From: Octopus sinensis
Taxonomy: Eukaryota
DNA: 64,000 nt
Direction: 5' to 3'
Assembly: GCF_006345805.1 (NCBI RefSeq)
Contig: NC_043013.1
Location: forward strand, 32,612,001 to 32,676,000
In this document: piece after piece, positions 25,243 to 40,202 of the stretch
Numbering within the stretch: position 1 is the stretch's first letter
Layout: each line of letters opens with the position of its first letter
Program-made: the position numbers and the translations under genes
The notes under the pieces: generated by a model
Told to the model about the DNA's origin: nothing
Databases searched by the model: none
What the model saw: only the letters and a program-made list of their open reading frames with translations

Positions 25243-26799
25243 AACATGAAAACTTGCAAAAAAACCCAAAAAAAAAAACCAAAACATAAAAAAAAAAGTA
25301 ACACAATATTTTTTTTTTGTGCTTGTTGAATATTTGAATTCAACAACAAAAACAAAAAAAAATCTCACTCTCTCCCACCCCCAACACCCATATTATATAC
25401 AAAAAAGAAAAAAAATTAATTAAAAATATTATAAAGCCCTACCCATCCCACCAACACATGAAAACAAAAAAATGAAACAACCAAACAAAAAATGCCAAAA
25501 AAGCTAAAAAAAAAGAAAAATGAACAAAAACTTTCTCCTGGTGCTGTGAAACATTTTTCCTTTTTTTTTTCCAAGAATCTCACAGAACATATTACATTGC
25601 AATGTTTTTGTGAAATTATTCCTCCCTGTTGTTGTTATCATTATCATTATTATCATTATTATTATGATAAGTATAATTAATATCATTATTATTATTATTA
25701 TTAATATTATTATTCTTTAACACCTTCCTTTCTCTACTTAACCATCATCGCAAACAAAAAAGAAAAAAAATAGAATCTCATTTTTATATGTGTTTCTACC
25801 ATGACCCACAAAACACCGTCACCACCACCACTTTCACAACTGCCATCACTTTCACCGCCTCCACCACCACTACCACTGACACAGTTTCTTCACTCTATCT
25901 TTTGTCACACACATACACATTGTATATCATCATCATCATCACCACCACCTTTATTTTCTACTCTATTCACCCTCATCTTCATACACAATCATTTAACATC
26001 CATCGCTCTCTTCAAACAATTTCATTTTTTTTTTTTCGTTGTTAATATGTATATTGCCATGGCAACTATTACCACTACCACTGCCACCCCCACCTCCACC
26101 ACCACCACTACCAAATTCTTCACTGTTTCTAACTCCTGCCCTTCATTCAGATGCATTGATCACCACTATTTTTCGCCCTCCAATTTGACACTGTCTCCCA
26201 CCTGTAATTATTATAATTATTATTATCTCACCGCTACTACCACCATCATCATCGTCGTCACCATCCTTATCACTAAAGAAGAAAAAGAAAAACGACAAAC
26301 AAAAAAAAAAATACAAAACAAAGCGTCATCTCATCAACGAAGAAATATTTCTGCTACCATAGTAACACCACCAACACCATCACCACCACCACCACCACTA
26401 ACTTTGTTTTCTGTGGTTTCCAAAAGAAATATTAGTGAGTAACCTGACTGATATATATATATTTGCACATATATGAAAAAAAGAATTTCTTAAACGTTAT
26501 TAAATATTTAAAAAAAAGATATTTGGAAAAACAGACTGGCATGAACCTTTGGGAACATAGGTTTTGTGTTGTGTGTAAGCGCTGTCATTGTTCAGCTTTT
26601 CAGACGTCTGTGCTTGGGGGTAACAAAAGTGCTTGAACTCAGTGCACAAACCTCATTTCGAAAGTTTCATGTTATTCAGTTTTTTCTAGGATTATTTGAT
26701 TTTTTTTTTTAAAGATAGTTAATAACATTTAAGAAAATTCTCCTTCGAACATTGTGACTATGTCAAATATTTTTTGCAAAAATTTTGAAATATACAAAC

Positions 26800-26847
<48 letters not shown>

Positions 26848-27046
26848 AAAACATTCAAACACTGAGATTTGAAATCAGATACCAGTTATGGATTCCCTAT
26901 ATATATATATAGGGATTCCATAACTGCAATCTCTGAAGAGTACAGAGTTGCATAATCAGGCTGTTACCTACCTAACACTGTTGAACCCCTAGTGCAAGAC
27001 TGATTGGTAAGATGGCTGTAATGGATATATGTTACTGTGCACTTTG

Positions 27047-27094
<48 letters not shown>

Positions 27095-27307
27095 ATGTAT
27101 GTATATATGTATGGGCTTGATGATACAAACAGGAAAATAGAACTCTACACATCATTTTGAATAATAATTATGTTTATTATATTTATTTGGCATAAGTTAC
27201 AGGATTCTGTCAGTTAAGACTGAGAACCTTGAGCATTGGCACTAATTGATAACTGTGCCAGTGTACAAAACTCTTGGCCCTTGAATCACTCTATAACTCC
27301 TTCCAAT

Positions 27308-27338
<31 letters not shown>

Positions 27339-27750
27339 ACACACACACAAACAGACTAGTGGATAGAAAAACGGATACCCCATACATATACACACATGTA
27401 TTTCACATACAGTTGTTTTGTTGTTGACAGAAAAAAAACAAAAAGCAAACAAAAATGGTGTCTCAATAATAATATTTTTTTTTGCTGTTGTCATAACTAC
27501 ATTCCTCTCATTTGTTGTCTTATGTTTTATGACATGTCTTATACTAAGACATGTCTTATATTAAGACATGTCTTACATTGAGACACAAAGCTGAGGTATT
27601 TTTGTTTCTTTTTTTAACATTTGTAGTTGTTTTTTTTTTTTCTTCTTTAATTTGGAATCAAAAACTTTTTTTGTGTGTGTTTTGACATTATAATTTGATT
27701 TTGATAATTTTTATGCAATTTTTTTTTTTTGCATGGCACACACAGACACA

Positions 27751-27785
<35 letters not shown>

Positions 27786-28260
27786 TGTACATGTGTGTAA
27801 GTGTATTTATAACTGAATTTCAAATATGGAATTCTCATTGAGAGTATGTGGCTATGCTTTGTGTTAGTATGTATGTATGTATGTATGTATGTATGTTAGT
27901 GCAAGTCGGTGTGTGTATGTGTAGAAATCCAGCAGAAAGTGTTCCAAAGCTAAATGGTGGGGGACAGTTCCTCCATGTCCTTTCACAAGTCTGTGTGTGT
28001 GTGTGTATATGCACACATACACATCTACCCTACTTCCTTCCTCTCTCCATCACATGTGGCCCATCGTTTTTGCATTATTGTGATTTTTTGTGTATAATAG
28101 TTAATTCTTGTCAAAACTGAACAGCATATGCAATGTGTGTGTGTATACAAACACACACACACATACTTACACATACTTACACAAATGTGAATGTATGTGC
28201 ATTTTCTTATTATGACTAAAACTATTTTTGTTCTCAGTTTGTGAATAATAGTTTTTCTTG

Positions 28261-28295
<35 letters not shown>

Positions 28296-31200
28296 CTGAA
28301 AGAAATGATCTCTGTCTGCCACTTGTAGTTTTTTTTCTTCTTTTTTTGCATTGCTTTCTTTCCCTTCCTCCTCATCCATCCACCCATTCATTCCTCTTCC
28401 GTTTTTCTTCTCCCACGAACCCAATCAGATAATCACCCTATAAGTGTTCAGCCTCTCCCAGTGAGCATGGCTTCCCTGCCAAAAAACATATTGCTGCTTT
28501 GAGCTCAGCTTAAAGACAGTTCGACACGAGTCAGGTGGTAAAGATGAAGCGTAGACTTGCAAAGGTCCTGATTTCAGCCAGGGCAGCGGATGGGTCTGGT
28601 TCCCTATGTGTCTGTTACAGTCAGTGGAAATAAAGAAACGAAATTCACTTGGTGCCAAGAGTCCTCTTTAGTTCTTCCTTGTTGTTCACATTCTCCACAT
28701 CTACCATCATAAGTGCTAATGGCTGTTACATTTATTATCCACTCTACCACCACTACCACCACTGCCATCACAACCATTTCCAACGCCACCAACACCACCA
28801 TCACCATGCCGTTGTCACTGCCACCATTGATTTATTTGGTAAGGTGTTAGGATTTCGAATGTCCCATCGATCCACTGTGAACATTTGCATTTTTATATAT
28901 TTATCATTTGAAAGAAAGTGGTTGGGTTTTGATGAGAAAGTTCATACACACTCTACGGTGATGATAGTTGTGAGTACTAGTGCTGGCGTTGGTAGGGTTG
29001 GTGGTGTTTGTTGTTTTGGTTGTCCCTCTCTAACTAGAGAAATAGCTGATATGGTACTATGTGTCCAGATTACAGTAGATTAAAGAACTAACTGTGATCC
29101 ATCGATCTATTGCTTGAGGTATTCTATGCCAGTACTTAGCAAAGGACCATACTATATAACTAGCTGAATATACAGTATGGCAGTTTTGGCATTTTGATTT
29201 TGTTTGTTTTGGGGTTGTTTTTTTTTCCTTTGCCCAGTAATATGTTTATAAGTTCTAGTAGTAACCATTGAAGCATGACAATTTCTGCTCCATTTCTTTG
29301 ATCTCTGGTACTGTGTCTACAGCATTGTGTTTAGGTCTATTGATGTTGCTGCTGCTGTTTTTTTTTCTGTGTGTATATGTAATTAATTTTTGTGTTGGTC
29401 TTGGGCTGAGTGTAGCTATAGTAGTTTTCTTATGATACATGTTACACTAGTGCTCTAGGGTACTGTAAAGGTGTTTGGTTGTTCAAGGTCAGGAACTGTA
29501 CAAAGATGGGAGCTTTTTGCAGCTAGGCATTATTGTCACTCACATAAAGTCGTCACATTTGGATGAATGGCATACTTCAGGATAAGCTGCTGCCTGTTGC
29601 TGTATATATAATGTTGGGCAAGAAGTTTGTGTGAGAGAGACAGAGTGAAACATAGTATGGATGGTGAGAGAGAGAAAGGCTCGTAAAACCTCGATTTAAA
29701 TGACTGTTGTATTGCCACCTGAACTTGAGGCAAGTCAGGTCCAAAATGTAAATATCTCTTAAACCTCAAGAGGCTTCCAGTCTGTTGTAACATTCCTTGA
29801 TGATCTCTAAATGTATATCAAACAGTTATGTGAACTTGGCAATGTAGAATTTGTTTGTGTACAGTTCAGATATTGTACTGAATACCTACAGTAAAATTTA
29901 ACTCAATGTATAAGTACTGATTGTCAACTAACATATCTATTTGGCCATTTAGCTTCTTGTACCTGCTTTAGTAGAGGTAGTTGACGGAAGAAAAGGCTCG
30001 CTGTAACAATGGGGTAGATAATTGTATGATTTACTCTGACTAATAAACTGGTATCAGTTGTTGGACTACATTTGCACTGGGACTTCAGGGGTTTTCAATC
30101 AATAATACTGGCCCCAATACTTACTTCAGATTGGTGCTGATTTTATCATTTTATATTTCATTTTACTGATTGATTAGAATTACCATTTTGACACAAACTC
30201 AGTTTTTTCGTAACCACTAGTCTTGTTTCACACCCACACACACACATTGAGGAGAGTTCCTATCTAATGATGGTAGTGGTTTATGACCAAAAAAGAAGCT
30301 CAATGTTAAAAGCAAAGTATTGTATTTTTCCACATTCTTATACCATGACCATTGTATTTCAACACACTGTGCATTAACCGAACTTCATCAGATAAGAAAT
30401 ATTTCTTTGACAGAACTTAGTAAATAGTCACTTTGCTAAAGCACCATAGCCATGTTGGAAGAACAGTTTTTATCTACCAAATTCCACTCACAAAGTACTA
30501 ATCAATCTGCGATTATTGTAAAAAAAAAACCTTGTTCAATGTGCTGTATGGCGGGAATGAACCTAAAACCACATGGTTGTGAAATCTATTTTTTTTTAAC
30601 TCGCAGACATGCCTGCATTGCATGTCACAGATGGTTTATTAGTCAAACTAATATAGATTTGATTGTGGTCTAAGAGATCTAGAGACAGTTGATGCATGAA
30701 GAGGTAACCTGTTGGTAGTAATGTTTATTTGGGTCTTGTAGAAGATGATTAGCTGCTTAGAGCTGAAATATTTCTTTGGCTCTGAGAGAACAAGAGAAGC
30801 ATTATGATTAATGAGAGACAGATGTTAGATTGTCAGGTGAAAATGAGGAAATTCTGTGAGTAATGGTAGACTTGCCCTCATACATCCTTCTTTGTTTGCT
30901 AAGAGAATGTGACACTGACCAATACTGTGTACCGATCATTTGTGTACTTGCTGATGGCTGGATATTCTTTTTCTAAGATCAAGAGATGTTGGGAGGAATT
31001 CTGAAATGACCACAGTTGTGCTTGACTGTTGTTTGAGAGCCTTGTTGCATAACACAGGAAATATTGTAGGGGAAAATGGGGGTTCACATTATATACTCCC
31101 AGAGGATTATATTCTGTACTTTTTTTTTTTGTGGCTTAGAGTTGAAAGGGTAAGGCAATGATCCCTTTCTGGATCTCCATCTAGTTGTAAGAAGTTATCC

Positions 31201-34200
31201 TCAGAAGAGACACCTTTCAATGCTTGCAACGGACTGGACATTGCTAAAGGCATCCATGGGCTTGTTGTGTTGGTGTTAAACTGGGTGATGGTTTAAGACC
31301 ACCACTTAACATCTGTTGGTTGTAGTAAAAGATTCATACAGAAAGCATAGTACAACTTGACATTGGGAGGGAATTTGTTGACTAGAGATGGATTATATGC
31401 ATACATGAGCTTACACACACACACACACACAACATCTATAATACATCTATTATCAAATGATGAATAGGCACATTTTCCATGATGCCCGTTTCTTATGTTG
31501 GAAGAACATCTGCTGACAAGTTGGAGAAAGAGATTGGGAGTCTTTGACTATGCTGATGTTAGTGGAAGAGAAAATGGAAAATAGAGGATTGTGATGATGA
31601 TGTTGTTGTTTAGCCCTGTGTAAACCATGAGCCAGTAGATGAACTGATGGTCAAAGGTATTCCAGTCTATACCATTCCGCTTTAATATATTCAAGATTGT
31701 GGAGTTGCACTGGTGATCATAAGATTGTGGTTTCAATTCCTAAACTGGGTGATGGCATTGTGTTCTTGAGCAAAACACTTCATTTCATATTGCTCCATTC
31801 CACTCAGCTGGCAAAAGTTGCGATGGATTAGCAACCTGTCCCATGGTGGAATATGTACGTTGCAGTCAGGGAAACCTGCCTTATGAACCTTTGGCTTAAG
31901 AGGGACCTTTGATCCTTTTTTGATATTGAGGACAACTTTTATATAATCTACTCCCTTTTTTTTAAAGATGGCATTTAAAAAAAAATTTTGGAGGAGGTGG
32001 CTTCCCAGGCCTTCCAAGACTTGGGTGAATGATGTGTTAATGTTCTGTTCAAACTGTTGCATGATGTCACTTGCTGGAGAGACATTTGCAGGGAGAGAAT
32101 TGCCAAAGAAAGATTGGGGATAGGAGTTAGTACAGGGCTGAGGATATGTTGGGTACGGCATAGGGTTATGAGAGGAGGAGAGATGAAGATGAACAAATTG
32201 GAAATGCTTTAGTGGAAGTGGTACCACAATACCAGCTATGTCTGAAGAACAAAAGACATATATAATAGTGGTAGAAAAAGTAGAGAGAGGAGACTACATT
32301 TCTGGAGTGCCAGGGGCTGAAATATGTTTGAGTGGTTTCATGTCAATCAGTTGAATGACTTTGTTCAGAAGCAAATTTAATGATGATGATAAGGATAAAG
32401 AACTTGGGGATAATATACTGAAGTTATTGTACAGTTCATATCGTGTGTCTATAGCTGGCGCTTTGATTTTTCTGTTTTTTCTTTTTCTTTTTTTTTTTTG
32501 TTGCAATTTTTATATTTTAAATCTGTGATGGGTAAATGAGCAGTTTCAGTTGTTTAGCCCCCAGATCATCCTCAATTAAACAGACCAGTAATAAAAAGCA
32601 TTCCAGCCATGACCATCTGTCTTAATATCCAACACAGGATAATGTAGTTCTAAATGCACTGTATATCCTTTTTTTTTTAATGAGGTTAGATGTGATTTTA
32701 AGGAGATTTGGCTGCTATTTCTAGCTGATAAAGCTACCACTTGGAGGTTCCCTCATTTTGGTATTTTGCTGCCTGAAGTTCAAATCTCAATAATAGAGAT
32801 ATGTATGTAGGGGTGGGTCACTCTTTTTTTTTTTCTTTTTTTGTTCTGTCCAACCCATGCCAGCATGGACAATGGACAAATGATGAAGATGACTATGATG
32901 TTTCTCAGAAATTGAAGTGTGTTAAAGTACCGGTTATTCACTGCACAAAAATATTGAATCAAGTATCCTGCCTTCAATGCCTTTCTTTTTCTTTTCTATT
33001 CATTTTTTTTTTTTTTTCAAATCTAACCCTCCCCCAACTAATACAATGAAATTCTTATATTTTTCACTTTGCAAAACAACAATAACCAAGTTCGATATGG
33101 AACCATTTTCTTGGAGGTTGACAGGCTAGACGTTCATATTCTGCTCCATGCATTGTATTAAATTTTGTGCCAGAGAATCAGACACTCAAATCGTTACATG
33201 CTTAACGAGTTCACGCTTCATTTTCACTGTGGTCAGCTTTGCCCCTTCATCCTTTCAGGATTGATGAAATAAGCACCAGTTTGTCGCTGAGGTCAATACA
33301 ATCGACTTCCGAAATTTGCTGGCCTTGTACCAAAATTTGAAACCATTATATCAGTTTGCAGGTAGAACCATTTAGCACACCTGACAAAATTGCTTAATGG
33401 CATTCGTTTTTGGGTTTTTACACTCTGAGAACAGATTCCACCAAAGTCGACTTTGTTTTTCTATGCTTTCGGTGTTGATGAAATAAATACATACCTGTCG
33501 AGTACTGGAATCGATATAATTAGCTAACCTTCCCCCCACCCCCCCATCATCCCTGTCCCTGAAATTTCAGGCCTTGTGATTGTGTTAGAAAGAATTATTT
33601 TTTTTTTAAATTAGTACACCAAGTAGCTTTTATTTCTTTCTTGCCCCTCCTACTATCACTGTACCCTCTTCAACAGGGGGCAAAAAGAAAGAAAATACAA
33701 AAATACAAAATAACATTTCAAATGTCCCCCACCATCACATGCTTTTTTTTTTCTTTTTTTTTTTATCCAACCTGTATTTGTGCTTTGTTTCTGTATTTGG
33801 TTTGCAAGATTCTTGATGTGAATTCCTGAAACAAATCTTCTTGTGTCTTGGGAAGATTGTTGCGCTACTGTTGTTAATAATAACAAACAATTGACTAACA
33901 AAAATGAAGTGATATTGAACCAGTGCATGTGTTATTATTAGTGTGATGACCTTCCCAAGACACAAGATATATTTGTGCTTCTTTCATCCTATGTCTTTCA
34001 TCTGTCTCATTTTTGTATTTGCCTTCCACTTTTATTTTTTTTGCACTCCACCCCTATCCCTCTGCCTCCTTCTGCTGTTTGTACCTCCTACCTCTCCTTC
34101 TTGTCTTTTGCCTTTATGTCTTTCTTCTCACTGCTACTTCCTGTCTCTTACCACTGTATGACATCTACTTCCTGTGTCCTGCATTTACAACCATGTCCTA

Positions 34201-37200
34201 CCTCTCTCCTTTGCATCCCTGGCTCCTGTCACCATATTTTCCCCCACCTCTCTCTTTCTCCCACTCCTCCATCTATTTTTTCACCCCTGCTTCTGTCTCT
34301 GTCTCCCACTACTACTGTTGTCTTCCACTCCTGTTCTCCACCTCTGTGACTTTTGATTCCCATCTCCTTCCTCTGTCTCTTTCCTCTTCCTCCTCCTTCT
34401 CAATTGATATTCTAAGGTTGTACACATCATCCACTGTCTTCGGAAACCGTAAATGCAGGTTTCAAAAAGGAAAAAAAAAGGGCTTCGTATTTATGACTGT
34501 TGATGTTTTTTTTGTTTTTTTTTTTTGTTGCTGCTGCTATTATTGTATACAAAACATGAACTTCCACCTGTCTAGTTTTCTCCTTCGGGCATGAAACTTG
34601 AGTTGTTTTAGTTCTAGAGGTGTGAAGTTATGACATTTATTCATGCCTTTTATTAAATATTTTTTTTTTGTTTTTTGTTTTTTTGTTTTTTCCAAGGCAA
34701 AAGGTGTTTCCTCTGCAGTGCTATATGTTATAAATTCATTCTCTTCATCTTCTTCCTGCAATAGAATGTTTTTTTTTGTTTTATTTCTCCTTTTTTTTTT
34801 CTGTATCTGGAGATATTTTGATGATTCCTTAAATTACCTCTCTATCATTTGGTGCTATAAATTACGAGCCATTAAGCTCAATTCATTCAGTTATTGGCAT
34901 CTCATCTAAGAGAAACTGCGCCAGTTTTTATACAAGAGAGAGAGAGAAGAATGAGCATAATCGGTTTGAATTAACTCCAGTTTATTATTATAATTGTGCT
35001 AATTTTTTTTTTTTCCCATCTCCACTCATGCCTGATAGGGAAGGAAAACTAAAGTGGACTGACCCCATAACGCTGTGATATGAACTCAGAACCTAGGGTT
35101 TTAAATAGCTGTTTTTGTTTTGTTGTTGTTGTTGTGTGGTCCCAAGTTAGCTTTGACTGACCAATGAACCATGTCCTGCAATTTCATTGTTCCAGATATC
35201 CATGCTTCTGCCTAGCTGAGGACCATACTGCACACTCTCTGATGTGCAGTGGCTTATAATATGGCAGGCACCGTGTTCTATTCTCTATGAATAGATCTAT
35301 GATCAAAGGCATTCCAGCAATGACCAACCGATTGTTTTTTTAGGAGTACAAAGGACCGATTACGTTATCCAACATAATCCTTTTTCTTAAAATGGGACTG
35401 TGTAAATTGAGGAAGGTTTAGCTGCTGTTGTCTTGTAGCCAATCAAATGACCATGTTAAAACTCCCCCAGTGTATGTTACGTGTATGGAGGATGCACAAT
35501 AACTTTATTATTATTATTATTTTTTTTTTTTTCTTACATTCTAACAATTCAGCCAGCTTGCCTGCATTAACACAATTCTCAAAATAAATTAAATTAAGTA
35601 TTTAATAAACTAATTAAATTTTCAGTTTTTAGTTTGCAAACATTTTCACTCGGCTTTATTAATTCATGTAGATAAAATGAGGTGCCTGAAACGGCAGTGA
35701 TGGGTAGAATGGATTGCAGTATTTCCTTGTGTCTGACTGTTCTGCATTCATAACCTTGCAGGGTTAGATTTTGTCTTTCATCCCTGTAGGGTGTGGCTAT
35801 TAAAATATACACTAAATGTGTTCACCAGTTGCCTCTAATGACATCAAGAGTACTAAACTCTTTTCCTCTTCAAATGTGTGGCCTTTGTCCCAATGTAAGA
35901 AATTATTATTAAGGCAGTCAACTGGCAAAATTGTTTGCATGCTGGACTAAATACTTAGCTGCATTTCATCTGACTTTACATTCTGAATTCAAATTCCACC
36001 AAGGTCAACTTTACCTTTTGTCCTTTCAGGGTTGATGAAAGAAGTACCAGTTGAACACTGGGGGGTTGATGTAATCAACTTACCCTGCCTCCAAAATTTC
36101 AGGTCTTGTGCCTCTAGTGGAAAGCACTTATTATTATTATTATTAAGGTAGCAAGTTGGCAGAATCATTAGCATGCTGGACAAAATGCTTAACGGTATTT
36201 CACCCATCGTTCCATTCTGAGTTCAAATTCCGCCGAGGTCGACTTTGATTTTTATCCTTTCAGGATTGATATATTAAGTACCAGTCAAGTACTGGGGTCG
36301 ATATAATTGACTATCCCCCTTCCCCACAAATTTCAGGCCTTGTGCCTATAGTAGAAAGGATTATTATTATTATTAAGGTAGCAAGCTGGCAGTATTATTA
36401 TTATGCCAAACAAAACACCTAGCATCACATCTTCTGGCCTTATGCTCCGAGTTCAAATGCCACCAAGGTTGACTTTGCCTTTCATCCTTTTGGGGTTGAT
36501 GTAAAAAGTACCAGATGTGCACTGGGGTCAATGTAATCGACTTAACCCACCCCCAAAATTTCAGACCCTTGTGCCTATGACAGAAAAGTTTATTATTATT
36601 ATTACCATCATCAGTGAGAAGGTGTGTTCTAGTGGGTAGGGTGTTTCACTCACGATTGTGAGATTGTGGTTTCAATCCCTAGACCGGGTGGTGCATTGTG
36701 TTCTTGAGTAAACCACTTCATCTCACCTTGCTCTGCAATCATTTAGACACCTGTAGACGGAACTGTAACATTTTCATGTCATTATTTTGCACAGTAAAAT
36801 TTATTTCAGCTGGTTGCAAATCCTTGCTGAACAGTTTCTATTTCAGAGATGTTTTTCTCCTAGATGGATGGTCTTCATTACGAATGGTGAGCACCATCTT
36901 CCCTTGACTGTATTGGATGGCCGTTGACTCACCCTAGTTACTCTGCCCTTTGATGGGTCTCGTTTTTCATCCCTCAGCATCTCCAGAAGTCACCTCCTCA
37001 CCAAACGTGTATCATGCCAGTGGGTTACTATTAAAATAATGATAAAAACTGATTTAAGAGGATTCATATGTATGTATATTTTATGTACACTCACTCCTTA
37101 ATGCAGTGAAGTGTGCTAGAAATAGCAGCTCACTTTACTCAACTGCCAAAGGACATTAAGTTTCATCATTCTGTGTTCTGAGTTCAAATCCTATCGGTGG

Positions 37201-37950
37201 AGTCAACAAAAATCTTTTTATCAGGCATGTACTGAGATCAATATGAATGATTGAACACACACACACACACACACACATGTATACATACCCCCTCCCTCGA
37301 CAGATTTCTGGTTCCTATACCAATGTGAAGAAATCATTATTATTATCATTATTATTATTATAAGAGTTTTCTATGTATTATGTTGTTGATATTGTTGTTT
37401 CTGCTACTGCTGCTGCTGCTGTTGCTTTTGTTATTTTTTCATATTCAAGTGATTTTTTTTTTTTGTTTTAATTTTTTTTTTCAACTAACAATTTTTGAGT
37501 TTTGTCTCAATTTAAAAAAAAAAAAGATTTTTTTTTTCAATACCTCCCTACCAACATTGTGAATATATATTTTTTTTTTCTCATTAAGGTGAAAATTTCA
37601 CTATTCAAAATTGACTAAAACAAAAAATGAAAAAAAAGAAAAGAAAAGCATAACAAATGGCAGTTGATATATTGTCCATCTCCACCTCTTATTTAAATTA
37701 TATTTAAAAAAAAAAATCACAAAACACACAAAAAAAAAAAGAAACTGAAAACAAAACAAAAATGTCAGGTCCTTTTGTTCCTGATGTATTGATTTTTTTC
37801 TGTTTTTTTTTTTTTAACTAACCAATCATCTTTTGATGTAGATGTGAGTTAATGAGTAATCGGTGCATAGGCCCAGCTAATTGATTTCCAGCGGCCTTGT
37901 GATCCTTCTTTTAACATCATTAACTTAACTTCACAAAGAAAAAAAGGAAC

Positions 37951-37987
<37 letters not shown>

Positions 37988-39351
37988 TATGCAAACACAT
38001 ATATCATACACAAGTCTTTTAATGTTTAATTGTCTGAGAGGAGTTATTGTTAAGTGATTATAATTTCCTGAACTGTTAATCTCATTTTTGCAGTGATTAT
38101 ACATTGATATAGTCAGACCGGTGTCCTTGACATATTTGTTAATCATATTTCAGTGATTGCACCCCTCCAACTTATTTCCTGGATCTTCATGGATCTAATC
38201 ATTGTATTCAGCTATTCTCAGTTATTTTGGATCTACTCTTTATTAAATCCACAGGAATAGAGTGTCCTCATTGTACTATCCATACCTAGGGTCATTCTCT
38301 TAAAGTTGTTCTACTTGTGATTTGTGGTGTTATTTGCTCATTCTTTTTGACCCAGAGTGTATATATATACATATATATATATACAGAGAGAGAGAGAGAG
38401 CGACTGACCCAGGAATTGAACTCATGTTCTCCAGGTAAACTGCTACAATTGACACTTAATTCTCCAGGTGTGCTATGAGCAAGTGGCTGGGTGATTATCC
38501 TTGGTGTGGACAATGGAATGAGAATGATTCTACCTGCCCCCTTCCTTGTGGATTTATTAAAAGGTTTGACTTGAAATTCCAGGAATATTACCAAATATGA
38601 TAGATAAAAGTTTGGAGAATACAACAATGCTAACATTGTGATTATTATAACAATTAAACGAGGACACTCATCTGAATATATTAACGATTAATATTGATAA
38701 CTCCTCATCTCAGTGATTCAGATGAAATTCATCTTGAGGGATAAACATTATTTTTTTTTTTCAACAATACTTACATTTGTACTAAGTTTCAATCAGTTTG
38801 ATCCCTGGCTGTCATCAAATGCTATGGTTGCTATAGGCTTATATGTGTACATAGTACCAGGCTAGATTGGAACTAGGTACCTTGTAGCTCTGAACAAAGC
38901 ATTACAACAGTCTTATCCACTAGGCCGCTACACATCCAGTGTGGAAACTGTCCATATCCAGAAATATTATTTCTGATGATGACCAAGATCAAGTAAATTG
39001 AAATGGCATTGTAAATATTTAAGGAAAAAAAAAAAAAAAAAAAAGAAAAGAAAAAAAATAATGTTCATCTCTAAAGTTGAGGTTAAAAAGTCTGAATAGT
39101 ATTATAAATCTATTCATAAAAGTCTTGTTTCATTATTAAGATTGAATAAATGAATAAATAAACCCCAAAACCCTTTTAGATTTCTTAAAAAACCCAATAC
39201 TAACTTTAATGTCTACTTGTTCTAAAGTTTACCAGGGCACAGCTGGAAACAGGTTAATACTGTATTTTTGGGGTTTCCTCTGTATTTTGAGTTCAGTTCT
39301 CGCTAATACCAAATTTGCATTTTTATCCTTTGGTTTGGGATATATAACATA

Positions 39352-39398
<47 letters not shown>

Positions 39399-39836
39399 CA
39401 ATTTAATGTGTTATCCTCTCTCTCCAAAATTTGGCCTGGTACTTATTTCAAAAGTGTTATGGACCTTCATATTCTGAGTTCAGATCACGCCAAGGTCACC
39501 TTTGCCTTTCTATTTTCTAGGGGTTAGTCTTATAAAGTACCAATCAAGTAGTGGGGGAAGTGGGGGTCGATACAATCAGCTACCTCTGAGTGTAATGCTT
39601 ATTCTGTGTTAGAGAGTATTATTATTATTATGAAGGCGATGAGCTGGCTGAATCATTAGTATGCTGGACAAATGCTTAGCAGTGTTTCACCCATCTGAGT
39701 TCAAATTCCACCAAGGTTGACTTTGCCTTTCATCCTTTTGGGGTTGATAAATTAAAGTATCAGTGAAACACTGGGGTCAATATATCCGACTAGTCCCCTC
39801 AGTCCCAAAATTTCAGGCCTTGTACCTATAGTAAGG

Positions 39837-39868
<32 letters not shown>

Positions 39869-40202
39869 GAATGGGTGGAAAGTAGAATTAGTAGAGTACT
39901 GGATAAAATTTCTTTGCTACTTAGTTATGACTCTTTAGGTTGTGAGTTCAAATCTTAACAGATGGGGGTGTGTCAACATTTTTGGTTTTTGCTGTTTTCT
40001 TTTGATTTGGTCCCTTTTTCTTCTGTACTGATGAGATTGCATAAGAAAAAAAACCCCAGTCATTTAGGATTGTTTGATGTTTATCAAATTCAACTGACAT
40101 ACACATGCAATGTTGGCCAAAATCTATAGGTTTCCTCTGAAGTAGATCACAGAACCAAAAAGAAACTGCTAACCCATCAGTATTTATTTTTTGATAAACT
40201 AA

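Noticed and set aside
25788-26442. 213-aa P/T/H-rich ORF after the JAZF1 stop
   Set aside because: Low-complexity CAC/CAT UTR-type sequence with no homology or splice support.
31733-32227. 164-aa minus-strand ORF
   Set aside because: Partly built from a SINE fragment; no recognisable domain or splice structure.
33943-34594. Hydrophobic 124-193 aa ORFs
   Set aside because: Derived from a CT-rich polypyrimidine tract.
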